DNA of 64,000 nt, taken from contig CAVYGN010000002.1 in the NCBI GenBank assembly GCA_963768055.1, forward strand, positions 1,504,001 through 1,568,000, in the 5' to 3' direction. Below, piece by piece: positions 29,657 to 39,626 of the stretch. The translations under genes and the position numbers were made by a program. The stretch is from an uncultured Spirochaetota bacterium. GTDB lineage: Bacteria; Spirochaetota; Brevinematia; Brevinematales; JAOACQ01. The notes under the pieces were generated by a model. The model did not search any database and had not been told where the DNA came from. It saw only the letters and a list, made by a program, of their open reading frames with translations. Numbering within the stretch: position 1 is the first letter of the stretch; every line of letters begins with the position of its first letter.

Positions 29657-31237
29657 TCAAAGCGCCAGGAATGAGATGGTGAATTTTGTCCCCTTTCCAT
29701 AGGTGCTTTCGATCTTAATATCGCCCCCATAGTAGGAGAGGGCGTTTTTTACCATGAAAAGACCGAGACCCGCCCCGCTTTCGTTACACTTGACCCCGTC
29801 AGTACCGCGGTAAAACTGCTGAAAAACCTTTCCCTTTTCATCGTCCTTTATGCCTACCCCTGAATCGGCAATATCGATTGTATAATAGTTATCCTTTACA
29901 CAGCCCTGAACGCAGATCGTCCCGTTAGGTTTATTGTATAAAATTGCGTTAGATAACAGCTCGTCAAATATAACCCTCAGTATCGAAGAATTTACAATGA
30001 AATTGTTAAATTCTCCGGGCATAATTATATCGATTTTCAGCTTTTTTTCCATTATCGGGATCTGATAGCCGGGAAGGACCGTTTTTTCAATAAAATCCTT
30101 AACATTGACGGTGTCTTTAAAAAGTTCGTTTACTGAAGATTCCAGTTCCCCGAATGAAAGGGTTTTTTGCACGATGTTCCCGATCCTTTCGATCCTGGTG
30201 CCGAGCTTTTCCAGGATGAGGCTGTTTTCCCCGCCTCCCGCTTTTCCGGATTTGATCTTTTCAAGTTCATCCTTCGCATCCATCACCGGCTTAATAAGGT
30301 GATCGGAAAATCCGTTGATAAACTCATTCTTAAAATTTACAAGCTTAAGGAGTTCCCGGTTTTTATTTTTTATTTTTTCGTAAAGAAGCGAATTATTAAT
30401 AGAAATCGCGGCCTGTCCGGCAAAGATTTCTGCGCTTGACAGGTCTGATGATTTTAGGGCCCCGTCTTTGGATATCGTATCGGCATATAGAACTCCGAGA
30501 AGATCGCCCTTGTACATCAGGGGTACGGCAAGACTTGATATGGAGATTTCACTTTTCTCCAGATTAAGCTTATTATTCACGGATAAAAAACTTTTTCTCG
30601 AGGTCGCACTGTCCAGGATAATCTTCTGGCAGAAGTCAAAATACATCCTGCCGAGTTTGCTGTTTTTTTCATTTATGAATATCTTGGGCGAAAGCTTGCT
30701 CTGCTCGCGAATAAAAAGCATGCCATGGTCGGCCTTTATCGTATCGGTCAGGCTTTTTACGATTTTATTTAGAAGGCAGTCGAGATCCAGGATCGAACCT
30801 ATGTCTTTATTTATCAGCAGTATTTTCCGGATAATTTCGTCTTTCTCGATAAGCTCTTTCATCGACAGCTGGCTTACATTATCCTGTGCTTCGAGAAGCT
30901 GAACCGCGTCCTTTTTTTCCATGATAGTCAGTTCCTGAAGGTTTTCATGGGCCTGGATCATCCTGTCCGCTTCGATCTTTTCCTCCCGCATCATATCCTG
31001 GACGATTTCCTGGGCCTGGATCACCCTGTCCGCCTCAACCCTTTCAACCCGCATTATATCCTGCACTATTTCCTGCGCCTGGAGCATGCGGTCCGCCTCG
31101 ATCAGTTCCTTATTGTACATATCCGACAGGTTCTTATAAGCATTTACCATTTTTTCGAGCCGGTTTATCTGCTCTTCTTTATCTTTTATTAAATCCGCCA
31201 GTTCTTTGATGTTTTTATCGTTAACCGAAGACGGCAT
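29657..31237 (-). CDS. Cytoplasmic GAF + histidine kinase-like protein with N-terminal 21-aa repeats
   Basis: Repeats EADR.IQAQE; GAF (LAVPL..GVLYAD..QAAISINN); ELLSNAILYN, DSGVGI, FQQFYRG, GAGLGL. Confidence 0.85.
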   Translation of the reverse strand: MPSSVNDKNIKELADLIKDKEEQINRLEKMVNAYKNLSDMYNKELIEADRMLQAQEIVQDIMRVERVEADRVIQAQEIVQDMMREEKIEADRMIQAHENLQELTIMEKKDAVQLLEAQDNVSQLSMKELIEKDEIIRKILLINKDIGSILDLDCLLNKIVKSLTDTIKADHGMLFIREQSKLSPKIFINEKNSKLGRMYFDFCQKIILDSATSRKSFLSVNNKLNLEKSEISISSLAVPLMYKGDLLGVLYADTISKDGALKSSDLSSAEIFAGQAAISINNSLLYEKIKNKNRELLKLVNFKNEFINGFSDHLIKPVMDAKDELEKIKSGKAGGGENSLILEKLGTRIERIGNIVQKTLSFGELESSVNELFKDTVNVKDFIEKTVLPGYQIPIMEKKLKIDIIMPGEFNNFIVNSSILRVIFDELLSNAILYNKPNGTICVQGCVKDNYYTIDIADSGVGIKDDEKGKVFQQFYRGTDGVKCNESGAGLGLFMVKNALSYYGGDIKIESTYGKGTKFTISFLAL

Positions 31238-31400
31238 ATTCCACCTCTTAATTTATACGTGATTTAATACGTATATTTATTATATCATCGATTATAACTT
31301 ATTCAAGTAAATGACCATTGATGAGCGATGAATTACTTCGTACACTGCTCTCGAAATGACAATCCTTTGCAGAGTGCTGCAATTTCTGCTATAATTTTAT

Positions 31401-32264
31401 ATGAAAGTATATCTCCCGGTCCATACCGGGTTCTGCCCGGGCGTGAAACTTGCCGAAAAAAAACTGCTGGATTTGAAGATCAAAAATAAAGGCAGGGAAA
31501 TTTACGTCCTCGGCAAACTTATACATAACAACTCGTATATTGAATATCTTAAATCCATAGGAATAAACACCTCCGGGAGCGACGCCGATATCCCCGCGGG
31601 CTCATTTACTATGATAAGGACCCATGGCATCGACCGGAAGATAGAGGACAGGATCCGCAAAAAGCTCGAGGTGGTGGACCTGACCTGTTCGAAGGTCAAG
31701 GCGCTTCAAAAGTACATTCATAAGCTTTCCCTCGAGGGTTTTTTTACGGTTATTACCGGTAAAAAGGACCATCCCGAGATGCTTGGGCTTGTAAGCTATG
31801 CCGCTGGATTTTACGTGATTGAAAACGAGGCCGACCTGGAAGCCTTTATCGGGGGTTTTGATAAAAATATCAGGAAAATACTCGTGATATCGCAGACAAC
31901 CGGAAAACGCACCCTATTCGAGAGCGTGTCGGGGAAGATCATCGAAAAATTTTCCAGAGGACGCGAAATCAGGGTCCATGATTCGATCTGCTCGATCACA
32001 AGCCTCCGGGAACAGGAATCGGTCAGGCTCCAGGAAAGATCCGATGTCACTTTCGTTATAGGCGACCATATCTCTGCAAACGCCAATAAGTTGTTTCAAA
32101 AGCTCAAGATTAAAAGGAAGGAAACGTATTTTATCGAAAACCTGGAAGGATTAAAGATGTTAAATCTTCCCCTTGCGGAATACAGGTCCGCGCTCGTCGT
32201 TTCCTCTTCGTCCACGCCGCCGTTTATCGAGCGGGAAACAGTCGATTATCTGCTGGCTATATAG
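31401..32264 (+). CDS. ispH: 4-hydroxy-3-methylbut-2-enyl diphosphate reductase
   Basis: GFCPGV, LIHN, RTHG, DLTC..V, DHPE, SQTT, SIC. Confidence 0.9.
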   Translation: MKVYLPVHTGFCPGVKLAEKKLLDLKIKNKGREIYVLGKLIHNNSYIEYLKSIGINTSGSDADIPAGSFTMIRTHGIDRKIEDRIRKKLEVVDLTCSKVKALQKYIHKLSLEGFFTVITGKKDHPEMLGLVSYAAGFYVIENEADLEAFIGGFDKNIRKILVISQTTGKRTLFESVSGKIIEKFSRGREIRVHDSICSITSLREQESVRLQERSDVTFVIGDHISANANKLFQKLKIKRKETYFIENLEGLKMLNLPLAEYRSALVVSSSSTPPFIERETVDYLLAI

Positions 32265-33429
32265 GATCGGCAGAATAAACGCGCAATCCCGTTTCTTTAT
32301 TAAACAGATACATTTTTTTAAATTTTAAAAAAATCGTGGAATCTATTTTCAATTCCATCCCTATTGGCGCTTTAATGTAGATTTCTTCATTGCCGATTCT
32401 AAGAGTAAGTACCGAAATATTTTTTATCGGCACCTGACGAACCATAGTGACCGCCGCCTGAAATCCCCCCGGGGTCGATTCATCAATTATCTCAATGTCT
32501 TCCGGGTGCAAACCGACTTTATATCCGGATAATTCCGGAGAAACGGATTTACCATCAAGCATGTTGATCGCCGGGGTTTCGGTGTTCGGATTAAGAAATT
32601 CTGCGACAAAAACAGATGACGGATTTTTATATAATTCTTCAAACGTGCCGACCTGGGCAATTTTCCCGATATCCATTACGGCGATAATATCGGCAAGAAT
32701 TAAAGCTTCCTGCTGGTCGTGGGTTACATAGACCGTCGTTACTTTCAGCTGGGACAGCAGCTTGCGAAGCTCGATCCTGTATTTACCGCGAAGTTTTGCG
32801 TCCAGGTTTGAGAAAGGTTCATCAAGGAGAAATACCGCAGGGTCGCGTGTAATGCATCGCGCTATTGCAATGCGCTGCTTCTCGCCACCGGAAAGATTGG
32901 GGATTTTACGGTCCAGGAGATATTCTATATCGATCCCCATCAGTTCGCTGGTTTTTTTATATTTTTCAGTTTTCAATAATTCCATATCCTTGGTCTTCTT
33001 ATGAAATAAAAAAAATGTAAGTATATTTGTCCTTGCTTTCATATGAGGATATAGCGCGTAATTCTGGAAAACCATGCCGATTTTCCTGCTTTCAGCCGGA
33101 AGTGAGGTAACATCCATGCCGGCAAAAATAATCTGTCCGGAATCCGGCTGTTCGAGCCCTGCTATCATCCTCAGAAGTGTGGTTTTACCGCAGCCGCTGG
33201 GACCAAGGATCACCAGTGTTTTCCCGTCCGGTATTGATAAATTAATTTCATTTATCTTGAATCCATAAGTCTGATTATTCTTTAAGTTACCTTCCATTAT
33301 TTGCCCCGGGACAGCAGACTTCATAGCGGCATTTGTAATAAAAGCATATTCGATGGTTTTACCTATGGCGGTATCCTCGAAATTCCGGCGGAATGCTTTA
33401 ACAATATCCTTTAATTCAACCGACGCCAT
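32257..33429 (-). CDS. MalK-like ABC transporter ATP-binding protein
   Basis: GPSGCGKTT, VFQNYALYPHM, LSGGEKQR, LLDEPFSNLDAKLR, YVTHDQ, C-terminal TOBE-like domain. Confidence 0.92.
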   Translation of the reverse strand: MASVELKDIVKAFRRNFEDTAIGKTIEYAFITNAAMKSAVPGQIMEGNLKNNQTYGFKINEINLSIPDGKTLVILGPSGCGKTTLLRMIAGLEQPDSGQIIFAGMDVTSLPAESRKIGMVFQNYALYPHMKARTNILTFFLFHKKTKDMELLKTEKYKKTSELMGIDIEYLLDRKIPNLSGGEKQRIAIARCITRDPAVFLLDEPFSNLDAKLRGKYRIELRKLLSQLKVTTVYVTHDQQEALILADIIAVMDIGKIAQVGTFEELYKNPSSVFVAEFLNPNTETPAINMLDGKSVSPELSGYKVGLHPEDIEIIDESTPGGFQAAVTMVRQVPIKNISVLTLRIGNEEIYIKAPIGMELKIDSTIFLKFKKMYLFNKETGLRVYSADPI

Positions 33430-33566
33430 AACTTCTCCTCTCAATAAAGATTAACTCTGTCAAAGAGTTTAATTAAAATCATTAATATTGTAAATAATTT
33501 CTAACAACCTTCTGCGGACTTGCAATTGTTCTGTCGAAGAGCCCGGCAGGTAATCTCCTTTCGCCT

Positions 33567-34628
33567 TCAGCTTTTCCTTTCTATACTGTAATCGAGGAGC
33601 TCCCTCAATACCGCGATACCGGAGGGGTCTGCGTTTTTAATATCACCTATCAAATCGCCGGCACATTTTCTCAATTCGGTCATCTTTCGATTAATAATTT
33701 TATCAACTCCAATTCTTAAGATCTGTTCCCTGATATAATCGATATCTTTATCCGAAATCCGGCCGGAGCCGAATATTTTTAAAAGTCTTTCTCTTTCCAT
33801 GGGGCCGCTGTCCCTTAAAAGATAATAATGATAAAGATTTTTTTTATTTTCCTTCAGGTCGGACCCCACTGGCTTGCCGGTCTCCCGTTCGTTTCCGAAC
33901 AACCCGATTTCATCGTCCTTAATCTGGAATATCAGGCCTAAATCCTCGCCTATATCGCTTAAAAGGCCCAGGGCCGCTCTGTCCGTATCGGCGAGGATCG
34001 CGCCTGTCATGAGCGGAAGGGAGAATGTATAACGCCCTGTTTTATAAGTATAAAGGTTTAAAATTGAAGCTTCGTCCGGACTATCTTTTATATTGCTGAA
34101 AAATACGTCCTGCATCTGGGCAAGGCCGACAGAGACGAATTCAGCGGATACCAGCTTGTTGATATTCATTTCAGCCGCGGCACCGCCATTGAGACCGGAC
34201 AATATCTCGAATGAAAGAAAAAACGCTATATCGCCGGCGCAGATGCCCATCGATTCTCCGAAATGATAGGAATCATTGAAACCTTTCCTGTCTCCCAGCA
34301 CTTTGTACTGATAAAAAAGGCTTTCTTTACCCCGCCTCAAAAGATCCCTGTCCATAATATCGTCATGAATGAGAAATCCCGATTGGAACAATTCCATTGC
34401 AGCCGCGGCCCTGAGCGCGCTATCGGTTCTCCTGCCGCTAAAAAGGCTATGGGAAAGCAGAACAAGTCCGCCCCTTATCATCTTGCCTGAAACGGTGAAA
34501 TCGATAAGCCTTTCCTGTATATCGCCGCCCCATTCGTTTATTCCTGAAAGGGATTTTTCTTTGGAATTAAAAAATTCCCGAAGAAAACGCTCGATTTTCG
34601 GTTTTTGCACATTAAAGAATTCCAGCAT
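33567..34628 (-). CDS. Polyprenyl synthetase (GGPP synthase-like)
   Basis: GKMIRG, LIHDDIMDRDLLRRG, YKTGRY, FQIKDD, GKPVGSDL. Confidence 0.93.
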   Translation of the reverse strand: MLEFFNVQKPKIERFLREFFNSKEKSLSGINEWGGDIQERLIDFTVSGKMIRGGLVLLSHSLFSGRRTDSALRAAAAMELFQSGFLIHDDIMDRDLLRRGKESLFYQYKVLGDRKGFNDSYHFGESMGICAGDIAFFLSFEILSGLNGGAAAEMNINKLVSAEFVSVGLAQMQDVFFSNIKDSPDEASILNLYTYKTGRYTFSLPLMTGAILADTDRAALGLLSDIGEDLGLIFQIKDDEIGLFGNERETGKPVGSDLKENKKNLYHYYLLRDSGPMERERLLKIFGSGRISDKDIDYIREQILRIGVDKIINRKMTELRKCAGDLIGDIKNADPSGIAVLRELLDYSIERKS

Positions 34629-34698
34629 TTATCGTGCTCCCGAGTTTAGTTTAATTCATTTTTACAATTTCCTCAATAAAAAAAACACGGGCGTGATT

Positions 34699-34727
34699 TT
34701 GACAAAAAACACGATGTTTCTTACAAT
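34699..34727 (+). promoter_or_regulatory. Sigma-70 promoter for fabK-like/etf operon
   Basis: TTGACA-17 nt-TACAAT about 80 bp before the ATG; AAAAACAC repeated three times around it. Confidence 0.7.
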
Positions 34728-34808
34728 TATTATCTAAAAAAACACTATAAGCTTAATCGAGTCGATAATTATCATCGAATTAAATTAATAAATAACAGGA
34801 GTAAAAAA

Positions 34809-35831
34809 ATGAGCATATCTGAAAAACTATGGAAGAGGGGAAGCGATTTCCTCGGCGTTAAATATCCGATAATGGCCGGCGCAATGACGTGGATCAGCAA
34901 TTACGAGCTGGCAAAAGCCGTCAGCATAAACGGGGCTTTTCCGGTTCTTGCCGGCGGGAACATGGAACCGGACCTTTTTGAAAAAGAGGTGGATAAACTC
35001 ATCGGCGGCCTGAACGGCCCTTTTGCGGTCAACATGATAACTATAGCGCCTAATTTTAAAGCACAGTATGAGATCGTTCGTGAGAAAAAAGTTCCGATCG
35101 CGATATTCGCAGGGAACTTCCCGAAAAAAAATGACGTCGAAGGCCTGAAACAGAAGGGCATAAAAACAATGGCCTTTGCCTCCAGCGGCCAGATATCCGA
35201 CCAGATGATACGCTTCGGCATAGACGCGCTTATCCTCGAGGGAAGCGAAGCCGGGGGGCACATAGGTTATGTGTCGATAATGATCCTGCTCCAGCAGATC
35301 CTTTTCAAAACGTCCGAAGTGCCGGTTTTTGTCGCAGGTGGCATAGGAACGGGGAGGATGATCGCGCATATGCTTCTTATGGGGGCTTCGGGGGTACAGC
35401 TGGGAACCCGTTTCGTCGTTAGCGAGGAATGCACGGCCCATCCGAAATTCAAGGAAGCGTTTATAAAAGCCAAGGCAAGACATGCCATAGCCACTCCTCA
35501 GTACGATTCCAGGCTGCCGGTCGTATCGGTCAGGGCATTGAAGAACAAGGGGACCGAGAATTTCGGCAAACTTCAACTTGAACTAATAGGCAAACTTGAA
35601 AGGGGAGAAATTACCAGAGAAGAAGCCCAATTCGAGGTTGAACGGTACTGGGTCGGAGGTCTCCGCAAGGGGGTTGTCGATGGTGATATCGAGAACGGTT
35701 CGTTAATGGCCGGGCAAAGCGTCGGGCTTCTGGAAAAGATACAGCCGATTTGCGAAATAATAAAGGAGCTTATCGACGATACCGAGAAGGAGCTTCGGAC
35801 GGTAAAAAACCTTTTGGATAAAATTAATTGA
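34809..35831 (+). CDS. FabK-like enoyl-ACP reductase / nitronate monooxygenase family flavoprotein
   Basis: KYPIMAGAMTWIS, EGSEAGGHIG, VAGGIGTG, GVQLGTRF, GSLMAGQSVG. Confidence 0.85.
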   Translation: MSISEKLWKRGSDFLGVKYPIMAGAMTWISNYELAKAVSINGAFPVLAGGNMEPDLFEKEVDKLIGGLNGPFAVNMITIAPNFKAQYEIVREKKVPIAIFAGNFPKKNDVEGLKQKGIKTMAFASSGQISDQMIRFGIDALILEGSEAGGHIGYVSIMILLQQILFKTSEVPVFVAGGIGTGRMIAHMLLMGASGVQLGTRFVVSEECTAHPKFKEAFIKAKARHAIATPQYDSRLPVVSVRALKNKGTENFGKLQLELIGKLERGEITREEAQFEVERYWVGGLRKGVVDGDIENGSLMAGQSVGLLEKIQPICEIIKELIDDTEKELRTVKNLLDKIN

Positions 35832-35856
35832 ATAACCGAATATTAAGGAGGAATCT

Positions 35857-36729
35857 GTGGGTTATCATATCGCTGTACTTGTAAAACAAGTCCCTGACAC
35901 GCATAATATAACGGGAAAGGCCATGAAGGACGACGGCACCGTAAACCGCCAGGCACTTCCGGCAATTTTTAATCCCGAAGATCTTAATGCGCTTGAAGAA
36001 GCTCTTAAAATTAAAGAAAATTACGGAGCGAAGATCACTGTCATATCCATGGGGCCGCCGAACGCGGCGCAGGTCCTGCGGGAAAGCCTTTACAGGGGCG
36101 CTGATGACGTAATTCTGATAACAGACAGGGCTTTTGCCGGGGCAGACACCCTGGCTACCTCCTACGTTCTCGCTCTTGCGGTAAAAAAACTTGGAAAGGT
36201 CGATATCGTAATGTGCGGCAGGCAGGCCATAGACGGCGATACCGCCCAGGTAGGCCCCCAGACAGCCGAAAAGCTCAAAATAAACCAGCTTACCTGCGTC
36301 AATAAGATCGTTTCCCTTAAAAAGGACTCTATAACGGTTGAAAGATCGATAGAAGGGGGGTACGAAACCCTTGCGGCTAAACTGCCGGTGCTTCTGACCG
36401 TTACAGGAGAAGCCAATACCCCGAGACCCCCTGCCGCAAAAAAAATCCTCGCTTATAAGCATGCGATGACCCCTATCGAACTTGAAAATCTTGATGAAGC
36501 CTATATCAATGCCAATGAAATAACAGATTCTCATGCCCTTATCAAACTTTGGGACCACAAAGAGATCGGTGCAAGCCCGGAACAGTGCGGCCTTTCCGGT
36601 TCGCCGACAAAGGTCAAACAGATAGAAAGCATTGTGCTGGGCGCTCAGGAATTCCGGAAAATCGATAACACTAAGTCCGGGATCGAGGGCCTGATCTCCG
36701 AATTGTTAGATGAACATATTTTAGGTTAA
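35857..36729 (+). CDS. etfB: Electron transfer flavoprotein beta subunit
   Basis: VKQVPDT, NPEDLNALE, DRAFAGADTLATS, GRQAIDGDTAQVGP; GTG start after AGGAGG. Confidence 0.95.
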   Translation: MGYHIAVLVKQVPDTHNITGKAMKDDGTVNRQALPAIFNPEDLNALEEALKIKENYGAKITVISMGPPNAAQVLRESLYRGADDVILITDRAFAGADTLATSYVLALAVKKLGKVDIVMCGRQAIDGDTAQVGPQTAEKLKINQLTCVNKIVSLKKDSITVERSIEGGYETLAAKLPVLLTVTGEANTPRPPAAKKILAYKHAMTPIELENLDEAYINANEITDSHALIKLWDHKEIGASPEQCGLSGSPTKVKQIESIVLGAQEFRKIDNTKSGIEGLISELLDEHILG

Positions 36730-36741
36730 AGGGGAAACGTA

Positions 36742-37770
36742 ATGAAAACGAATGAAGTATGGGTTTTTATAGAACAAAACAACGGAAAAGTCGCGGATGT
36801 AAGCCTCGAACTCCTGGGAAAGGGGAGCGAACTTGCAAAAAGGCTGAATGTGAAAACCGGGGCCGTTATAATAGGAGACGGGGTGAAGGGCCTCGCCTTA
36901 ACTCTAATAAAGCAGGGCGCAGAAAGGGTTTATCCTGTCGAAGCCGCCGAATTGAAAAATTATACTACCCTGCCTTACTCTCATATTATGTCAGGCCTTA
37001 TCAAAGAATATGAACCCCAGATAGTGCTGTACGGGGCGACCACGACCGGGAGGGACATAGCGCCCCGAATAGCATCGGAATTAAAAGTCGGCCTGACAGC
37101 CGACTGCACAAATCTCCAGATAGGGGATTACACCAAGCCTTCCTCAAAAGAAGGCGATACTCTTTATAAGGATATCCTGTACCAGATACGTCCCGCGTTC
37201 GGAGGAAATATTATAGCGACTATAGTCAGCCCCGATCACAGGCCGCAGATGGCTACCGTCCGCGAAGGCGTTATGAAGATGAACGTACCCGACCCCTCAA
37301 AAAAGGGAGAAATAATTGAAACGAAGATCAGCCTTCCGCAGGAACTTTTTATTACGGATATAGTTAAAAAGGTGCAAAAAGAGAAGGCGGTTGACCTTAA
37401 ATCCGCAGCTGTTATTGTTTCAGGCGGAATGGGTGTGGGTTCCAGGGATAATTTCAAGCTTGTCCACGACCTCGCACATGTACTGGGAGCCCAGGTAGGC
37501 GGGTCCCGGGCTGCGGTGGATGCGGGATTTATCGGCCATGACCACCAGGTTGGGCAGACAGGTACGACTGTCAGGCCTAAACTTTATATCGCCGTGGGAA
37601 TATCGGGCCAGATACAGCATATGGCTGGTATGAAGGAATCGAACAGGATCATTGCAATCAACAGCGATCCTAACGCGCCTATCTTTCAGATAGCCCATTA
37701 CGGAATTGTCGGCGACCTGAATGACATTCTGCCGAAGTTTATTGACGTTTATAAATCTTTAATGAAATAA
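36742..37770 (+). CDS. etfA: Electron transfer flavoprotein alpha subunit
   Basis: GLTADCT, RPAFGGNI, QVGQTGTTVRPKLYIAVGISGQIQH. Confidence 0.95.
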   Translation: MKTNEVWVFIEQNNGKVADVSLELLGKGSELAKRLNVKTGAVIIGDGVKGLALTLIKQGAERVYPVEAAELKNYTTLPYSHIMSGLIKEYEPQIVLYGATTTGRDIAPRIASELKVGLTADCTNLQIGDYTKPSSKEGDTLYKDILYQIRPAFGGNIIATIVSPDHRPQMATVREGVMKMNVPDPSKKGEIIETKISLPQELFITDIVKKVQKEKAVDLKSAAVIVSGGMGVGSRDNFKLVHDLAHVLGAQVGGSRAAVDAGFIGHDHQVGQTGTTVRPKLYIAVGISGQIQHMAGMKESNRIIAINSDPNAPIFQIAHYGIVGDLNDILPKFIDVYKSLMK

Positions 37771-37780
37771 GGAGTTTTCC

Positions 37781-39502
37781 ATGCCTAATTTTTATACAGA
37801 CAACGACGATATCCAGTTTCATATCAAGCACCTGGACCTTGACAGGATAATCGAGCTCAAGGAAAACTATTTTAAAGACAAAAATGAATACGATTACGCA
37901 CCGGTAAATATCAAAGACGCTAAAGACTCATACGATAAAATACTGAATATTACAGGCGATATAGCGGGTAATTTTATAGATCCGCGCTCGCAGGCGGTGG
38001 ACGAAGAGGGTGCCCGCTTTGAAAACGGCGAGGTAAGTTACGCCACCGGAACGAAAGAGGAACTTGAAGTTTTAAAAAAAGCCGACCTCATGGGATTTAC
38101 CCTTCCCAGGAAATACGGCGGGCTTAATTGTCCTGTGACAATTTATTCGATAGCCACAGAAATGGTTTCAAGGGCCGATGCCTCCCTGATGAATCTCTTC
38201 GGGCTGCAGGACATAGCTGAAACAATCAACCTCTTTGCCGATGAGGACCAGAAGATGAGATACCTGCCCCGTTTTGCGGCAGGAGAAGTTACCGGCTCTA
38301 TGGCTCTTACCGAACCTGATGCGGGAAGCGATCTGCAGGCCGTACAGTTAAAAGCATGGCAGGATGAAAAGGGCCAGTGGCGCTTAAAGGGTGTAAAACG
38401 CTTTATAACTAACGGATGCGGCCATATTTCCCTTGTCCTTGCCCGAAGCGAAGAGGGCACGAACGACGGAAGAGGCCTATCCATGTTCATCTATGAAAGG
38501 GACGATAAAATGAAAATCCGCAGGATCGAGAACAAGCTTGGAATCCATGGCTCGCCTACCTGCGAACTCCAGTTTAACGACGCACCGGCTGAGCTTTGCG
38601 GCAAAAGGAGAATGGGCCTTATAAAATATGTTATGTCGCTGATGAACGGCGCGAGACTCGCGATCGCGGCTCAGGGACTTGGCATCGCCGAAGCCGCTTA
38701 CGCCGAGGCTGACCAATACGCAAAGGACAGGGTCCAGTTCAAAAAGGCAATCCGCGACATGATCCCGGTAAGCGAGCTTCTTGTCAATATGCGTGTGAAA
38801 ATCGAAGCTGCGAGGACGCTGCTTTACGAGACGGCATTGATAGTCGATATGAAGGCCTGCCTGGAACATGAGAGCGGGCAGAATGAAGATAAGGCCAAGG
38901 CTTTGAGGGATGAACTTAAGAAATATTCGGCCCTTGCGGCGCTTTTCACGCCGATGGTCAAGGGTTATAACACGGAAATAGCCAACCAGGTAGCATACGA
39001 AACCATCCAGATACATGGCGGTACAGGTTTTATGAAGGAATTCAATGCTGAAAGGCATTACAGGGACGCCAGGATCACGAATATATACGAAGGAACGACA
39101 CAGCTTCAGGTGGTCGCGGCCATCGGCGGGATCGTTAAAGGGGTGGCGGTAGAAAAAATCGCAGAATACGACGGAAAGGCGAACTTTACAGGACTTGAAT
39201 TTTTGAAAAAGCCCCTGAGGCAAATGAAGGAGCAGACAGAAAAAGCGATAGAATATGTCAGAGCCAAGAACGACAGCCTTTACCAGGAATATCATTCGCG
39301 AAGGCTCGTTGAAATGGTGACCGACACGGTAATAGGATACCTTATGCTTCGCGATGCCGGCCGTTCTGAAAGAAAAAAGGATGTGGCGAAGTATTTTATA
39401 GAAATGGCCCTTCCAGAAGTAAATATCCGCCATGATATTATAGTGAATAATATCCAGCATTTCCTGGAAAAAAAGCAGGAAATCCTGGATGGGAAAAACT
39501 GA
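37781..39502 (+). CDS. Acyl-CoA dehydrogenase (long form)
   Basis: MALTEPDAGSDL, GVKRFITNG, KLGIHGSPTCEL, QIHGGTGF, RDARITNIYEGTTQLQ. Confidence 0.95.
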   Translation: MPNFYTDNDDIQFHIKHLDLDRIIELKENYFKDKNEYDYAPVNIKDAKDSYDKILNITGDIAGNFIDPRSQAVDEEGARFENGEVSYATGTKEELEVLKKADLMGFTLPRKYGGLNCPVTIYSIATEMVSRADASLMNLFGLQDIAETINLFADEDQKMRYLPRFAAGEVTGSMALTEPDAGSDLQAVQLKAWQDEKGQWRLKGVKRFITNGCGHISLVLARSEEGTNDGRGLSMFIYERDDKMKIRRIENKLGIHGSPTCELQFNDAPAELCGKRRMGLIKYVMSLMNGARLAIAAQGLGIAEAAYAEADQYAKDRVQFKKAIRDMIPVSELLVNMRVKIEAARTLLYETALIVDMKACLEHESGQNEDKAKALRDELKKYSALAALFTPMVKGYNTEIANQVAYETIQIHGGTGFMKEFNAERHYRDARITNIYEGTTQLQVVAAIGGIVKGVAVEKIAEYDGKANFTGLEFLKKPLRQMKEQTEKAIEYVRAKNDSLYQEYHSRRLVEMVTDTVIGYLMLRDAGRSERKKDVAKYFIEMALPEVNIRHDIIVNNIQHFLEKKQEILDGKN

Positions 39503-39626
39503 TCGTTAAGGTTAAAACTCCGCCGGCTTCTATGCATAACCGGATCCCGGATTTCAATTGTTTGATATGTTTATTGATAACGCTTATAATATTATTTTAA
39601 CTGCAGAACATAAAGGAGGATTCGAA

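Noticed and set aside
38477..39460. 327-aa antisense ORF (likewise 34827-35576, 35824-36558, 19368-19913)
   Set aside because: Shadow frames opposite well-supported genes, with no motifs.
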